DNA of 64,000 nucleotides, taken from positions 45,820,001 to 45,884,000 of the forward strand of contig NC_087251.1 of the NCBI RefSeq assembly GCF_037042905.1. Direction: 5' to 3'. Origin of the DNA: Lytechinus pictus (taxonomy: Eukaryota). Both the position numbers and the translations under genes were made by a program. Position 1 is the stretch's first letter, and each line of letters begins with the position of its first letter. Positions 1 to 14,800 of this stretch are shown here, in pieces. Under the pieces are notes generated by a model, which saw only the letters and a list, made by a program, of their open reading frames with translations, searched no databases and was not told the origin of the DNA.

Positions 1-290
1 AAAAGGGTTTCACTACAAAAGAATGAAGGTCATCATGGTCCCGAGAAGTTTGACATGCAAGAAAAAAGGGTTTCGCTACAAAATGAGCGTCATTTTGGTC
101 CCGAGAAATTTGACGAGCAAAAAAAAAGAGAAAGGTTTCTATGCAAAGTGTAGGTCATTTTGGTTAGATAACTCCATTTTGTCACACCTACCCAAATTCC
201 AGGGAGTGCTGTCTATGGAGAACGATACACGCAGCACCCCTCGGGAAAATCTTAGGGGTGCTTCAGCACCCCCACTTCCCATCGTCAAGC
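1..290. mobile_element. Partial hAT-like MITE with internal AAATTTGACAAGCAAAAAA repeats
   Basis: Same internal motifs as copies at 23335-23691 and 52618-52913. Confidence 0.6.
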
Positions 291-329
291 CCCCAAAAGA
301 AAGTAGTTTACATATCTCTTATACGGTTA

Positions 330-1080
330 TTATTGAATTGAATTTATTACCAAATATATCTCTGTCAGGTACAATTACATGGAATAGTACATCACATATA
401 AACAAAACATTTGGTAATTGGAGCTAACATAATAGCAAGATGCTAATCGAGGTTAGCCCCAAATAATGTCATTGTCATAGTTTAAACAATGATTTTAACT
501 AAATCTCAATATTGTACATCAAATTAAGTACTAATTCTATTATTGCTGTTGCAGAAAATTGCGATCATTTTTAGTGAACATATTTACACTATTTACAAGC
601 AAAAATATCTCAATTATTCACAAAATCTTATTTGTTTTCAGTATTTACCATACCAAATTAATTACAATCTTCCAGTAGCATTAGTTTTAACGATTTGCTA
701 AGTATCTTGCGACTAGGGGTGTTTCTAATATTACTTGGCAGATGATTCCATAAAGTAGGACCAGAAAATGAAATTGATTGTTTTCCCAAATTGGTATTGT
801 TTTTGTCAAGATTAACATTTCGCTTTTCTCCATTTCTCGTATTGTAAGGATGGTCTATAAATGAAAAATAATCAATAAAACTATGCGGCAACCGATTATC
901 AATTAAATCGTGCATAAATACTCCTATCAAATATTGGTATTGTTTGAAAAGATCATGAAATAAATGAGCAGAGTGATACGATACGTATATGGTTGAACGT
1001 CATTATTCTAGCTATTCTTTTTTGAAATAATAATATAGGGTTCAGGGTTGTTTTGCACGTCCCACCCCAAATCATTTTCT
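330..1080 (-). mobile_element. 5'-truncated L2/Crack/CR1-type LINE (ORF2 C-terminus plus 3' UTR)
   Basis: Degenerate IWGGTCKTTLNPILLFQKRIARIM...SISFSGPTLWNHLPSNIR; AATAAA and short-repeat tail near 330-345; second copy at 32296-32775. Confidence 0.8.
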
Positions 1081-1883
1081 TGCATGATCATAAAGTTGTG
1101 GTCATTACTCACGAATATTTTGTGTATTTTTATTGAAGAACTACAGCGGAATACTGGCTGAATCTAAAACCAGCCGCAGGTCGCGAATGGATAAACAAGC
1201 TTGCTACTTTGGATTTGGACTATTAAAGCCTGGAGAGCGTTTCATCGACATTTGTCCTCTAACAAGGAAAAGTCGTATCTGACAACTCTCATTGCTTTTG
1301 ATTGGCTGAGAAGTAAAGTTCCCATGGTATCTGGCCGATGAAAAAGATTTCCGCCACGCCCTTTTACCGTTTATGAAACGCCGGCCCCGGATAAAGCTTT
1401 GATAATTAGTCGAATGTGAAGTACTCGAGTATCAAATCACACGCATTCCAATCTGACGAAAGTGCAGTCGGGCAGCCCGGTCGGGCAGTGGCATATGGTT
1501 TTTTTTTCAAACGTCGATTCTTTGTGAAAAAAAAATGATTAGCTTATATCTCTAGCAACTCGGTGTTCTCTCTCGATTATTTTTTTTCTTTAAAGGAAAA
1601 GAAGTGTCAGCCCATTCCATGCTTAAGAAGTGCTTTTGTAATTGGAAACAGAGAGAAAAATACGCAGACGTTTGATTTCGATCGAGTGTCCAATCGAAAT
1701 AAAATCGAAATAATCGAATCAATGGTATATTTTGATCCTTAGTATAGTGAACATGGCAGAAATTAATAAATGAATATAATTATTTCTTTATTTGATTTTA
1801 TTTTTATAGATGAATATATGGACGTTATGTGTGTGACTGTGTATGTATGTATTTTTTTTTTTTTATTGAATATATAGGTGTTA

Positions 1884-2140
1884 TACACTGTAAAATAAAT
1901 TGGGTAAAATTTTTACCACCACGACGGTAACTATGTATCCAACCAATTTTGGGCAGTATTTTACATAATACGGGAAGCATATTGTCCAGTAAGGTTAAAA
2001 AAATAAGCAGCATTTACTTTAGAATGGGCAAAATTTTCATCACACTGGATGAATGAAAATGCCCAAAAGAAATGCTCGATGTTGGTTGGACCCATAATTA
2101 CCCTCATGGAGCACTTGTACCTAATATTTTTTAGGGTATA
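1884..2140. mobile_element. TA-flanked CACT-terminated MITE
   Basis: tacactgtaaaa start, degenerate ttttagggtata end, TTACCCAA-like subterminal motifs; related to 56632-56838. Confidence 0.55.
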
Positions 2141-2650
2141 TGTGTGGATGTGTATGTACAATGTGATTTACATCACAATAAACGAAAGTTTGACAGATAA
2201 AGATATTTGAAGAAGTAAGCATCTGTGTATTATCTTAACAACGAGTGAAGCTCAGTTTATTTGATATATTTAGCATCCCGTGTTTTTTTTCCACTCATTA
2301 TTCTATATGATTATTCAATTCTATAATTACATTGTATGTTATAAATAATATTATGTTTTGTAATATGCTTCACTTTGTTATGTTATGTTCATGATATTAT
2401 GTACAACATTGTGAAACGGAACCAATAAATGAAATGAAATTCATCCAGCACCGAGGCAAAACTTTTTTCATAAAATGATAATTACGTTACTACATGAACA
2501 AATAAATGATATAAATGAATTGTAAATAATGTGCTTTTCCCGGTGATTTTAGACTAAAACCGAAAGTCCCATTACCATTAAAGAGCATTTAGTGGCGGAC
2601 CGTGAACTGGAGGAGACAAAGCATTGGAGGGGCACAGCATTGTTCACAAA

Positions 2651-3207
2651 CAATAATGCTGAAAATTTCATCAACATCGTATGTACAGTACGTAAGATAT
2701 ATATATAAAAAACAACACGTTATAACATTTTAAACTTCACTTATTTGTCACCAAACAGTTGAATGCCCAATAACCTGATATGCAAATGAGAGAGTCAATT
2801 ATGTCACTAATTATTTCTTTAGTATTTCATTATATGAAATATAGAATATCTCCTCTTTTAAATAAGGAGCCTCTTCATTAAATCACAATAGGTTAGAATA
2901 GTGACATTTTGGTCAGGGGCTATATAGGAATCGAACCTTATTCTACATAATGGTAAGGAAACAATGTCAGTATTCCATATTTTGTTCATATAATAAAAAT
3001 ACAAGAGAAATATTGTGTGTGTTACTTCTTTGCATACTGATCAGGTTTGCATATAACTGATTTGTGAAATTAGGCGAAACTGCAATGGCATAACTTTATG
3101 ATATTCTACATCCGATTTTCATGAAATATTTACTGATTTACTTTACTGATAAAAAAAATCTTTATTTATTCTAATTCACCTTTTGGTGGGGTGGACCTGG
3201 CCTTTAA
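2651..3207. mobile_element. Kolobok-like TTAA MITE, family A, diverged and left-truncated
   Basis: Ends ggggtggacctggcctttaa; internal motifs shared with other family A copies. Confidence 0.65.
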
Positions 3208-4502
3208 AGGACTTTCTGAATTCCATACTCTGAATGATGTTGCAATTCGTTTGTATTAAAAGAACAACAACAGCAAGGGCAACAACGAATTAAGGAAGGG
3301 AAAGGTCGACGGTTCGGGAAATTCCCGGCCTTGATTTGCTCGAACAATATAATTTAAGCTTTTACTAATGTATAGTTGGATGAACTATTTTTTGATCAGG
3401 GACACGGTGTTAAACCAATACAAAAGACGATTATCTTCCGTACATAAATATTTACTATTTACATGATTTACCAGACCTTCGCACAGAATTAACATGATAA
3501 AGTGTTCCGAATATAAGCACAAAACGTGGTACTTTAGCAATCGTTTTCTTTACTTCAAGGATCACTGAACGAGGGGGTGTGTGCGTTTGTATGCGGGTGT
3601 ACGTATGGGAGGGGGAGGGGGGGGGGTAAAATGAAGAATCAATATTTTGACGATTAGATTTAGGGACAGAGTGATAAGATGATCAGGGTTGCGATGATTG
3701 GAGATTCCATTTACCAAATCTTATACGATGGGGAAGAAAGGTCTCACTTTTTAGAGAATGACCTCTGCCACAAATTTTGGATGGTAGGCCCCAATTAGGA
3801 CCCGTAATTATTTTGGAGAACCTTAAAAGCAAATAAGCGGAGCGACCAACGATCATCTTTGATATTGAAATTGAAAGATTTTGTGCATTATATTGATGAA
3901 TCTAAACATTTTCAGCAGAAAGGTGCATAATTTAAGTTTTTTAAGGGAGTGGGGGTTGGAGGTGGAGAGGACAACTGTCCCCACCCAAATGCCAAATAAA
4001 ATATCTCCGTGCAAATATACGTCTTCATTATGCTTTGACTTTTTCGGATGAAATTTCTCGACAGCCTTCAGACATTAATACAATACTGTTGAATAGCATT
4101 GCATGCAGAATGTCAATGGATATAAGCTGTTCGGGCGCGAAGCGCGCGGCGCGTTAAAAATATATAGGTTAATTAGGCCCTAAAATTATTTTCTAATCAA
4201 ATATTCTTCATCTTCCTATTCCTCCCTCCCTCTTCCCTCAAAACATTGCAGTCATACTTTATTGGAAATTGCGTATGACCTACATGACTTTTGTACACCC
4301 GCTTGCGGGGAACGGGCGCTGGTTTCTTTTGCCTATAAGTATAACTAAAGTTACTACGCTAGTACTCTTGATATTCAGATAGGATTTGTGAAAAAATAAA
4401 AATGTTTACCCTTTTGTCAGGGTTTTTCAATTTTTCATTTACCCATGGCCCTGGGAAGTGGGGTGCTCCAGCAAACCCAATATTTTTTCTGGAAGTGCTC
4501 CG

Positions 4503-4633
4503 TATTTATTTATTCAATCATTCATTCATTTATTTGTTTGTTTATTTATTTATTTATTTACTTGTTTATTTATTTATTCACTCGTTTATTTATTTATTTA
4601 ACTATTTATTTATTTATTTACTTATTTATTTAT
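4503..4633. repeat. (TTTA)n microsatellite
   Basis: Imperfect TATT tandem array. Confidence 0.9.
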
Positions 4634-5451
4634 ATCTCCTTGCCTATCAATTTTTTTCTGATCAAAATCACCTTCATTTCGGATTTTTTTTTTTTTTTTT
4701 TTGGGGGGGGGGGGAGGTTGCTTGTTAACAAACCAGCATCGTTCCCAGACCCTTGTTACTGGGAGTGGAGATGGTACACTTTGTGTGGAACAGAGATGGA
4801 TCCTATTATGATCGAGGTAATAATAATTACAATGTAAAGCGCTTAGAGACCAAAGTATGAAGCGCTGTATGAATATAACTATTCTTCTTCTTTTTCTTCT
4901 TCTTCGTTTTCTCCTTTCTTTTTCTTCTTCTTAGTATTATTTTTATTATTATTGAAAATAATAATTCAATGTCAGAAAAAATGCATTGCATGGCCGATGT
5001 TCACCACGCTTTGTATGTGTTTTTGTTTGACAAGATTAAGTAATATTACGCAACTGAAATTTCTCGGGGGCACGAATAACATTACTATCATCAATCACAC
5101 AATGTTGCCGATAATTATAATCTATCATATCCAGACACGCCCCTGGAAAAACACACACACAACTTTTTTCGAAGTTGTTAGTTTTTGCTACCTTTGTCAA
5201 TGTAAAATTACTTCACGTCTTTTTGATAATTGAGCAAAATGTACATGGCATATGTAATTCAACCAATGGCACTGTACCCAAATCGATCATGTTCATTTCC
5301 GAGTTTACGTTAATATCTTACTTTGATGTGTAATCTTATTTTTTGTCCATAACCTTGGGGGATACCAGGGTATAACAGTTTCGTTACATTAACAAAGCTG
5401 AGTGTGTTGTTTTTATCCAGTCATTTCACTACCATCACTATATGAATGTCA

Positions 5452-5836
5452 TAGGACCTTTTCACACGTGAATCTTGAATCATCATTGTAACCGCCTTTC
5501 ACACGGTAAAAAAAATCGTAATTTGAATGATGATTCCAGTGAATATTGCTAATGACGAAAATTTAGCATGTGTGAAACCAAACTATATAGAACCTGATTA
5601 GAATCACGAACGCTAATCACAGTCAGGATAACTATAGCAATCAGATACTTCAAGATTTCGTGTGAAAAGGCCCTAATAATGATTGCGATTGTAATCGTGA
5701 CTGTGATTAGCGTTCGTGATTCTAATCATGTTCTAGTTTGGTTTCACACGTGCTAACTATTCGTCATTAGCCTTATTTTTCAATATATAGAATCATCATT
5801 CAAATTACGATTTTTTTTTACCGTGTGAAAGGGCGG
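5452..5836. mobile_element. Harbinger-like MITE followed by an inverted partial copy
   Basis: TIR aggaccttttcacacg / cgtgtgaaaaggccct (about 5452-5673); 5697-5836 is the reverse complement of about 5492-5626. Confidence 0.65.
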
Positions 5837-5926
5837 ATCATGTTTATACACTTACACTCTGTAAAATAAACATGATAACTACCAATACCAAAACATATAC
5901 AGTATAGTACTCATATCTGTTTTTTT

Positions 5927-6510
5927 TTAAGGTCAAGTCCGCCTCAGAAAAATGTTTATTTGAATCAATACAGAAAAATCAGACAAGCATAATGCTGAAA
6001 ATTTCATCAAATTCGGATGTAAAGTGAAAAAGTTATGACATTTTAAAGTTTTGCTTATTTTTCACAAAATAGTTATCTGTACAATTTAGTCACATGCAAA
6101 CGAGAGAATCGATGATGTCCCTCACTCACTATTTCTTTTGTTTTTCATTGTTCGAATTATACATTATTTCAATTTTTGCAGATTAATATGAGGACCAACT
6201 TGACTGAACCATAAAATGTTAAGCAATGGTAATTCAACATGTTCAGGGAGAAATAAAACTTCGTTTCACAGGACAATGAGGAGAAAATCAGAATATTTCA
6301 TATTTCAATAAAATACAAAAGAAATAGTGAGTGAGTGATGTCATCAGTTCCCTCATTTGCATACCGACTGGGATGTGCATATAACTATTTGTGAAATAGC
6401 GAAGCTTTAAAATGTCATAACTTTCTTATTATACATCAGATTGTTATGAAATTTTCAGTGTTATGCTTGTTGGATTTTTCTCTTTTTATTAAAAAAATAT
6501 TGTCCTTTAA
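5927..6510. mobile_element. Kolobok-like TTAA MITE, family A
   Basis: ttaa-ggtcaagtcc ... tgtcct-ttaa; long internal inverted arms. Confidence 0.8.
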
Positions 6511-6600
6511 AGGTATGTGTACAGTAACCACCATACCAATTACCTATTAAAAAAAAAAACAACCCAGTGTGACAGCTCGTCACTGTCCAAGAAACAAGAA

Positions 6601-7260
6601 TTAAAGGGGTACTCCAGGCTAAAAAGAATATGATTTGAGCAGATAAAGAGAAATCGGACAAACGAAACACTGAAAATATGATCAAAAGCGGACAAGCAAT
6701 ATCAACCTCATGTTTTCTGCGACTATGAATATTTCTAACAGAAATACGACGCAATATGAATGCTGTGGATCATCACCATCATCAAAGTTATGACATTTTA
6801 AAGATAATTTCGGTGAAAGAGTTCTCTGCATGTCTTCATGAATATCTAGTAAGAAAATTGATCATGTCACATTCCCACTTGTTCTTTTGTATTTTTGTAT
6901 TATATATGAAATCATGTTTATTCAAAGTTTATCCTCCATGAATTAAAAGAATGGACTGACAAGTGATTTAATACATTAGATATTCATTGCTACAAGTTAT
7001 TTTATTATAAGGGAGACATACCACACACACATGTATGAAAAAAAAAACGACTATGATTTCACGAAACACTGAAGAAAAGGGAAAGTGGGATATGACACCA
7101 TCAGCCCACCTAATGAATATTCATGATGACGTGCATATATTTTTTTTCACAGTTGCTTCGTTATTTGTTATCAGATTTTGATGAAATTTCAGCATTTTGC
7201 TTGATGAACTTTACTCTATTTATTTAGATATGAATATATTCAGCTCGGAGTACCCCTTTT
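6601..7260. mobile_element. Kolobok-like TTAA MITE, family B
   Basis: ttaa-aggggtactcc ... ggagtacccct TIR. Confidence 0.75.
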
Positions 7261-7527
7261 ATAATCAGTTGCTTGGATCCAAAAGTTTCAGAGCGGCAAT
7301 ATTGTTTCGTTGAGCACCCACAACGCAAAGACAGGACACAAAAGGCATATATACGGTCCACCTCAACCATTGTCACGATAGTCAGATAGTGTTTTATTCA
7401 CGGCAGGGCTGTGCTATTTGAAAAGTGTCACGGTGTTCTTTTGTGATTGTTCATTGGCTGTATAAATTCTAAATTCTTGCATCAGTTTAAAAAAAAACTT
7501 TAATGGAGTGGTTATGGAAGAACCACT

Positions 7528-8568
7528 CCGGGGGGTGGGGGCAGTCAAATATATTGCTGTACACGCATGCGTGACCAAAAAACGCGTTTAAAGGTTTTTT
7601 TTTCAGTTTTGGACGCGGGCCGCCGCGTGTGCATTTGTTAAAGGAAAAGTCCACCCCAACAAAAAATGATTTGAATAAAAAGAGAAAAATCCAACAAGCA
7701 TAACACTAAAAATTTCATCAAAATCGGATGTAAAATAAGGAAGTTATGACATTTTAAAGTTTCGCTTAATTTAACAAAACAGTTATATGCACATCCTGGT
7801 CGGTATGCAAATGAGGAGCCTGATGACGTCATCCACTCACTATTTCTTTTGTATTTTATAATATGAGATATGAAATATTCTGATTTTCTCCTCATTGTCA
7901 AGTGAAACAGTGATTAATTCCTCCCTGAACATGTGGATTATCATTGTTTAATGTTATATGGTTCAGTCACTCGGTCCCTATGGTCAAATCTGTAAAAAAT
8001 GAAATATTGTAAAATTCAAACAATAAAAAAAACTAAAGAAATAGTGAGTGATGGACATCATCGACTGACTCATTTGCATGTCACTGAGTGGTGCATCTCT
8101 ACTTTTTAAATAAGCGAAACTTTAAAATGCGATAACTTTCTTATTTTACATCCGATTTTGATGAAATTTTCAGTGTTATGCTCTACTTTTTCTCTTTTCT
8201 CTACTTATTCAAATCAACCTTTTGCTGGGGTGGACTTGACCTTTAAGGGTATTAAAAACACCGATTTGGTTTTGAAAGACTGGTCAATGGTCAATCGCGG
8301 GGTCAAACGTATTTAGGGTATGTTTATATTTCCAAATCTTTTTTTTAAAGACTAGCCAAACGTGTTTATGGTATGTTTTTTCCCCAAACTTTCCCCGTGG
8401 TCATATATTCTAACGACATCTTGTTTAGGAGCCAAAATGTGTAAATACAGCCCTCGAAAAACTTGTTTAGGGGGTTATTTTGCACACAGAGAAATACTCG
8501 TTTAGGGGGTGTTTGGAAATAATTTGGTCACGCATGTGTACAGCAATACATTTGACTGACCCCCTGGG
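7528..8568. mobile_element. MITE with 8-9 bp TSD (gaaccact[c]), host of a nested TTAA MITE
   Basis: TIR cagtcaaatatattgctgtacacgcatgcgtgaccaaa / tttggtcacgcatgtgtacagcaatacatttgactg; gaaccactc at 7520 and 8569. Confidence 0.8.
7638..8246. mobile_element. Kolobok-like TTAA MITE, family A (nested)
   Basis: ttaa-aggaaaagtccacccc ... ggggtggacttgacct-ttaa. Confidence 0.85.
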
Positions 8569-9251
8569 GAACCACTCAACTCTATCGATTTACCGACATC
8601 GGAGCCATGTTTACGGATTCCCGGCATAGAAAAAACGTGAACTCGGTTTGAAAAGGTGAACTAGGTTTCGAATTGAGGCGAACTGTTCTTGAGAGACCTT
8701 GCCATTTTCACCTCCCAACTGCAGTCCGAATCCGATTGCTAAGGTAATTGGTTATATACCAGCTTGGCGTTTACCAGCAAAAATGCTGTCCTGCCGAGTT
8801 CCTACGGGAGTTACCATAAACAGAAACAGACCATGGACCTATACTATGTAGTTTATATCCATGCTCAAAATCGGGCTTTCGGGCCCCGGTTTCGGGCCAA
8901 CAGTCGGACAGAAATCTCCCTCGATCACCCCCCCCCCTCTAGCTCTCTGGGGCTCTCTGCGACTGTCTGGAGGAGCGCCCCCCCCCCGGGAGCGCCCCTT
9001 CCATTTTTGTGAAGATGGTACAGTTCAGTGGGTATGATTTCATTGGGAAAGGGGAGGAGCCTCCCGTTTACATAGTTACGCCGCTGCATGTCTATACAGG
9101 GAGTATATAGCCTGGAAGGAAACCTGCATGTAGACGATATGCACGATAAATACCACATTCATTCCGGCATGCTTGCGTTTTCTGTTACAAATACATGGCG
9201 AGAGATATACGTTAACCTAATTAATCAGGCGAAATTTCACATAGGGCCTAC

Positions 9252-9503
9252 CATGGCCGTACGCAGCGAGGGGGGGGGGGGGCAGGGCAGTTGCCCCCGG
9301 CCCCCCCACCCAGAAATCAGTTTTGAAAACTTACATTTTTTTACTGCGGAAAATTTTCACAAATCTCAGCAAAAGTATGCACAATATCCTTCAATGTCAC
9401 TTTACAAAAATTCACTTCGCTCTCTCGCTTTAGAGTTATTTCTTCGAAAACTTACACATGCTGCCCCCCACCCCCCAGCGAAAAATTTCTGCGAACGGCC
9501 ATG
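9252..9503. mobile_element. hAT-like MITE
   Basis: TIR catggccgtacgcag / ctgcgaacggccatg with G/C runs; no TSD recognised. Confidence 0.6.
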
Positions 9504-11115
9504 GCCGGGGCTGAAATCCGTCTGTTTGTAGGAGTATAAAAAAACATATTTTTTCTTACTTTTTAATTTTTTTCCTTTTTAAATTTTTTCCTTCTATACC
9601 AGTGGGAGAAGATAATGGCCACCCAGACAGTGTCAAAAAAGGGGTGTCAAAGTTGAGTTAGTTAATAGAGTAGACTACCCACTACCATATCTGTTAATTA
9701 TTTCTGCTCTGACATGTTGATTTATGCCTGTTATCTCATAATTTATGTTAACTTCGTGTTCTTGTTGTTAGTATTCGTAATGCACAAAGTTTCAATAGTC
9801 TTCTTTTTTTTTTTTTAGTTTCTTTGTGCACGAGTGAACACACCTGAACGAATCTACCGTACCGCGTCGACGTCTATATAGCATATGCACAGCATGGATA
9901 TGCAGGCTCGGCGAGCTGCCAGTGCCAGATATACAAAATAAATGTTGAGTCTCGATCAGACAACATATCACATTTCGACATCTCGCTCGTGCTGCCCATC
10001 CCCGTACCGTGGCCTTGCCCATCCAATGTAAACTCTGTAGAGATATCTTTCAGCTCAGCTCATCTCACGCAGTCTTTCACATACAATTCATGCTAGCTGT
10101 TTATGTGACACGCGAAAAGGGTCTCCACGACCACCACCAGGGCAGGGAGCTACGATAGGAGAAATTGATTCCTTCCGCGGAAATACAAACAGTTTGTTGT
10201 GAAATTGGCCACGGAGACGACTCGAATTCGAAAACGTTGCTGCGACCTGTGTTGTGGTTCGAGTACTGCAAAACAGTATTTGTATTTACAGAATTTGCGT
10301 CTTACCTGACTCGGTTGACTGTAGCTGTGCGGTCCACATTGTTTGTGTAAATTGTAAGTACGATTGACTTGTCTTGATGTTTAGAAATAGAAATTAAAAC
10401 GTGTGTACATGAGTACTCGTGAATTTATGTGGATGATAGACATTACAAAGAGGTCTGTCCTTCTATATAGTTATCTACAGCTTCCAAGCTGAATTTTACC
10501 TGCGCGTGACCGCCAGGGGTGACCGCTTTGCTTTCAAAACATATATGTAGTTCTGTCGGAGCTCTGTCAGTTTTCATGATGATCGACAAAGTGAAATTTT
10601 GTTCGTTTATATATACAATCAATAATTGTCGCAGAAATGCATCGCATATTATGTTCATCGATTTTTTTTCCCCTATAAAGTACCCGGAGATTAATATCCG
10701 GCCCGTATTCGGAGAGCAAGGGGTGCTTCAGGTGTCTAGAAATAATAAATTTTCAAGCTCTTAAAGCTATATGATCCTCTCATGTAGCATATAAGTGATG
10801 CGTGTGACAAATGATATCATAATGTTGACAATAATATGTATAATATTTAATAGGCCCTTTTTTAATATTGAAACCTGGTTGAATACCTATCACCCCCACC
10901 TGAAATTGGGGGATGCATCGCCCAAGCGATTGATTGATAACGAATTTATTTTATTTCAAAAATTTCAACAAAATTACAAAGTAAATAGACAATGGCTAAT
11001 GAATAATGATAATGATTTTTTTAATTATGGTTTTATAAGTGCCAAAAATGCATATGGCATTTCCATTTATATGGATGTAGGATAAGTTGTGTAAATGCAT
11101 TGCTCACGAGCATTA

Positions 11116-11198
11116 GTGCCGTTGCCGTGGATCGAACCCCGGACTTTCATGTGTTTAGGTTTAGTCAGGTGCCTTAAAAACCACTCGACCACGGCATC
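11116..11198 (-). mobile_element. tRNA-derived SINE head
   Basis: On -: A-box tggtcgagtgg and B-box ggttcgatcc. Confidence 0.6.
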
Positions 11199-11883
11199 TT
11201 GATAATGATAATCAACATTATATTTATAGTTTTAGAGTAATGTTAATTCCGGCATATTACCAAAATGTCAATTTGAGCGTTATGTGTCCTAAGTGATTTT
11301 ACAATTATACAGGGTTGATTGACGCTGCGGGGAGGGGGACAGGGACAGACGCCCCGAATGAATAATGAATAAAAAAAAGAGGAAAGAATGAGAAATTAGC
11401 AAGCTATCAAAAGAGGATCTCTTGTTGTGGAACACTGAGAAACTTTTAATGTAGAGAAAAATGAAATAAGTTGAGAAAAAAGATGAAATCCGTTCAGATC
11501 GCCATGCGCCCCCCCCACTAGCAAATTACCCCTGTGCCACCCTTGCTAACACCCACCTTCATTCATCTCCCCTTACGTTTTCATTAAAAAAAAATCATTT
11601 TATTTGTTACGCAATGTCCCGTTTGATATTTTTGTCCTGTCACAAAAAAATATCAGTGATGTAGCTTTAAGGGTTTCATTCAGAAATGTTCAAGAGGATC
11701 ATTTTTAGCCGAGTCATTGTTTAATTAAACTATTGAGTGAATTCCAGATGTCCAATATTCCTAAAGGATGACTGTGCATATTATCAGTATGCTGCTTGCA
11801 TGAATTGAAAACGTGATCTGATAAAAACAAACAAACCGTAAGGCACATATTTTTACGTGTATATACTACTAGTACAACACATG

Positions 11884-14800
11884 TAGTGGAGCGGTTATGT
11901 GACAAAAAAAGGCCAAGATGCTCGGATCTGGCAGAAAGTGTGAAATTTGGCATACAGGGGTATTTTTGGGCGCTGATTTCAAAAATTGCCGGCCCCAAGC
12001 GATTTGACCATCGGGTCGGCCGCCATTTTGAAATCCAAGATGGCCGCCATGAGAAATCATTAATGTCATTTTCTTGAGTTTTACATGACATGTGACACTG
12101 AAATTTGGCATACAAGGGTATTTTGAGGCACTGATTTCAAATATTGCCGGCCCCCAGCAATCTGACCACTTGGTCGGCGGCTAAATGGCCGCCATTTTGA
12201 AATCCAAGATGGCCGCCATGAAAAATCATTAAATGTCATTTTCTTGAGTTTTACATGATATGTGACACTGAAAATTGGCATATAGGCTTAATTTGGGTTG
12301 CTGATTTCAAATATTGCCGGCCCCAAGTGATTTAACCATCGGGTCGGCCGCCATTTTGAAATCCAAGATGGCCGCCATGAGAAATCATTAATGTCATTTT
12401 CTTGAGTTTTACATGACATGTGACACTGAAATTTGGCATACAAGGGTATTTTGAGGCACTGATTTCAAATATTGCTGGCCCCCAGCAATCTGACCACTTG
12501 GTCGGCGGCTAAATGGCCGCCATTTTGAAATCCAAGATGGCCGCCATGAAAAATCATTAAATGTCATTTTCTTGAGTTTTACATGATATGTGATACTGAA
12601 AATTGGCATATAGGCTTAATTCGGGGTCCTGATTTCAAATATTGCCGGCCCCAAGTGATTTGACCATCGGGTCGGCCGCCATTTTGGAATCCAAGATGGC
12701 CGCCATGAGAAATCATTTATGTCATTTTCTTGAGCTTAACATGACATGTGACACTGAAATTTGGTATGTTGGGGTATTTTTAGGCATTGATTTCAAATAT
12801 TGCCAGTCCCCAGCAATTTGACCATTTGGCCGGCGGCAAAATGGCCGCCATCTTGAAATCCAAGATGGCCACCATGATATATTATTGCAATCATTTTCTC
12901 GAGTTTTATATGAACTGCGGTATTGAAATTTGGCACATAGGCTTAATTTTGGGCGCTGATTTCAAATAATGCCGGCCTCAAGCGATTTGACCATCGGGTC
13001 AGCCGCCATTTGAAATCCAAGATGGCTGCCATGAAAAATCATTGGACTAATTTTCTTGAATTTTACATAATATGTGCCACTGAAATTTGTAGTATTTCGG
13101 TATGTGGGTAAGTTCATTAAAAAAATTGCTGGCTCCAAGCAATCTGACAATTGGTCGGCGGAAAAATGGCCATCATCTTGAATTCAAAGCTGGCTGCCAT
13201 AGAAATATTGCAATTATTTCGTTGAGTTTTATATGATCTGCGGTATTGCACTTTGACATATATAAGTAGTGTGGGGAGCTTATTTCAAATATTGCTGGCC
13301 CTCAGCGATCTGATCCCCTGAGTCAGGGTTATACGGGCCAAAGATATTCATTCGTGCCAACCCATTTAATTCTCAATTTTTAATTCTGATATTGCTGATT
13401 GACAAAAATGAATGAATATGATTGATAATAAAACACTGATTCTAGGGAGGGTAACTTTACTGAACTTCCCTTTTTCAAATTTGGAAGATATATCACCACT
13501 TTGGAACTATTTTTATACTGGCGGGAGAAGTATTGCCATTTTACTGTCTCAAGTAATGAATTTGATCCTGTCAGGTGTAGTCTTCATAAATGCCGATTTA
13601 TTTTTAGAAAGAGCTGGTCGAGGTACCCTTTTCTGGTCAGATATGGAATGCCAGACATATATCCTATCCACTGGACAGGTAGTAAACATTCAATTCTCGA
13701 ATTTCATCCTTATTTTTTTTTTTGAGGGCCTCTTTAACACACGAGTCTATGGGAAATGTTTTAGGCCCGTGATACCTCAGCTGCAAGATGGCTGCCATAA
13801 AAAAATCATTAAAAAAATCAAGTATCATAATTATAACGTAGGTATTATTTTGAAATCTGGCATATTGGGGTATTGAAATTTCCCCCCAGTAATCTTTCCA
13901 ATAGATATGCTGCAAAATGGCCACCATCTTTACAACAAACTTTTCTCCGGGGTGAACTTCCCTTTTTAAAATAAAGGTCAAGTCCACCACAAGAAATTGT
14001 TGATTTGAATAAATAGAGAAAAATCAAACTAGCATAATGCTGAAAATTTCATCAAAATCGGATGTAAAATAAGAAAGTTATGAAATTTTAAAGTTTCGCA
14101 TATTTAAAAAAAAAAACAGTGATATGCCCAACTCAGTGACATGCAAATGAGACAGTCGATGATGTCCCTCACTCACTATTTCTTTTGTTTTTTATTGTTT
14201 GAATTATACAATATTTCATTTTTTACAAATTTGACAATATGGACCAACTTGAATGAACCATATAGTATTCAACAATGCTAATTCGATATGTTCAGGGATG
14301 AATTATTGTTGTTTCACTTGACAATGAGGAGAAAATTAGAATATTTCATATTTCATATGATAAAATACAGTGAGTGTAAGATGTCATCAGTCTCCTCATT
14401 TGCATACCGACCAGGATGTGCATATAACTGTTTTGTGAAATTAAGCGAAACTTTAAAATGTCATAACTTTCTTATTTTACATCCGATTTTGATGAAATTT
14501 TCAGTGTTATGTTTCTTGGAATTTTATCTTTTTATTCAAATAAACTTTTTGTTTAGGTGGACTTGTCCTTTAAGGGATAGAGCAACGTCCGATGTGGCGC
14601 TGCTAAGTTGCTGCCGGGCTCACGATCTACAGGGTATGGGCAAAATAAATTTTCGGAGTATTTCTGTAACTGAATTCTATTTTGAACAATAAAATATGTA
14701 TTATTATCATCCATCATTAATATTAATTTCATCATCATCATCATACCACTATATAACCATCAGTACTTCAAGTCTGGAGCAGTTTTCTTCATGTAATAAA

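Noticed and set aside
4402..4837. Hydrophobic membrane-protein-like ORFs
   Set aside because: Derived from a (TTTA)n microsatellite.
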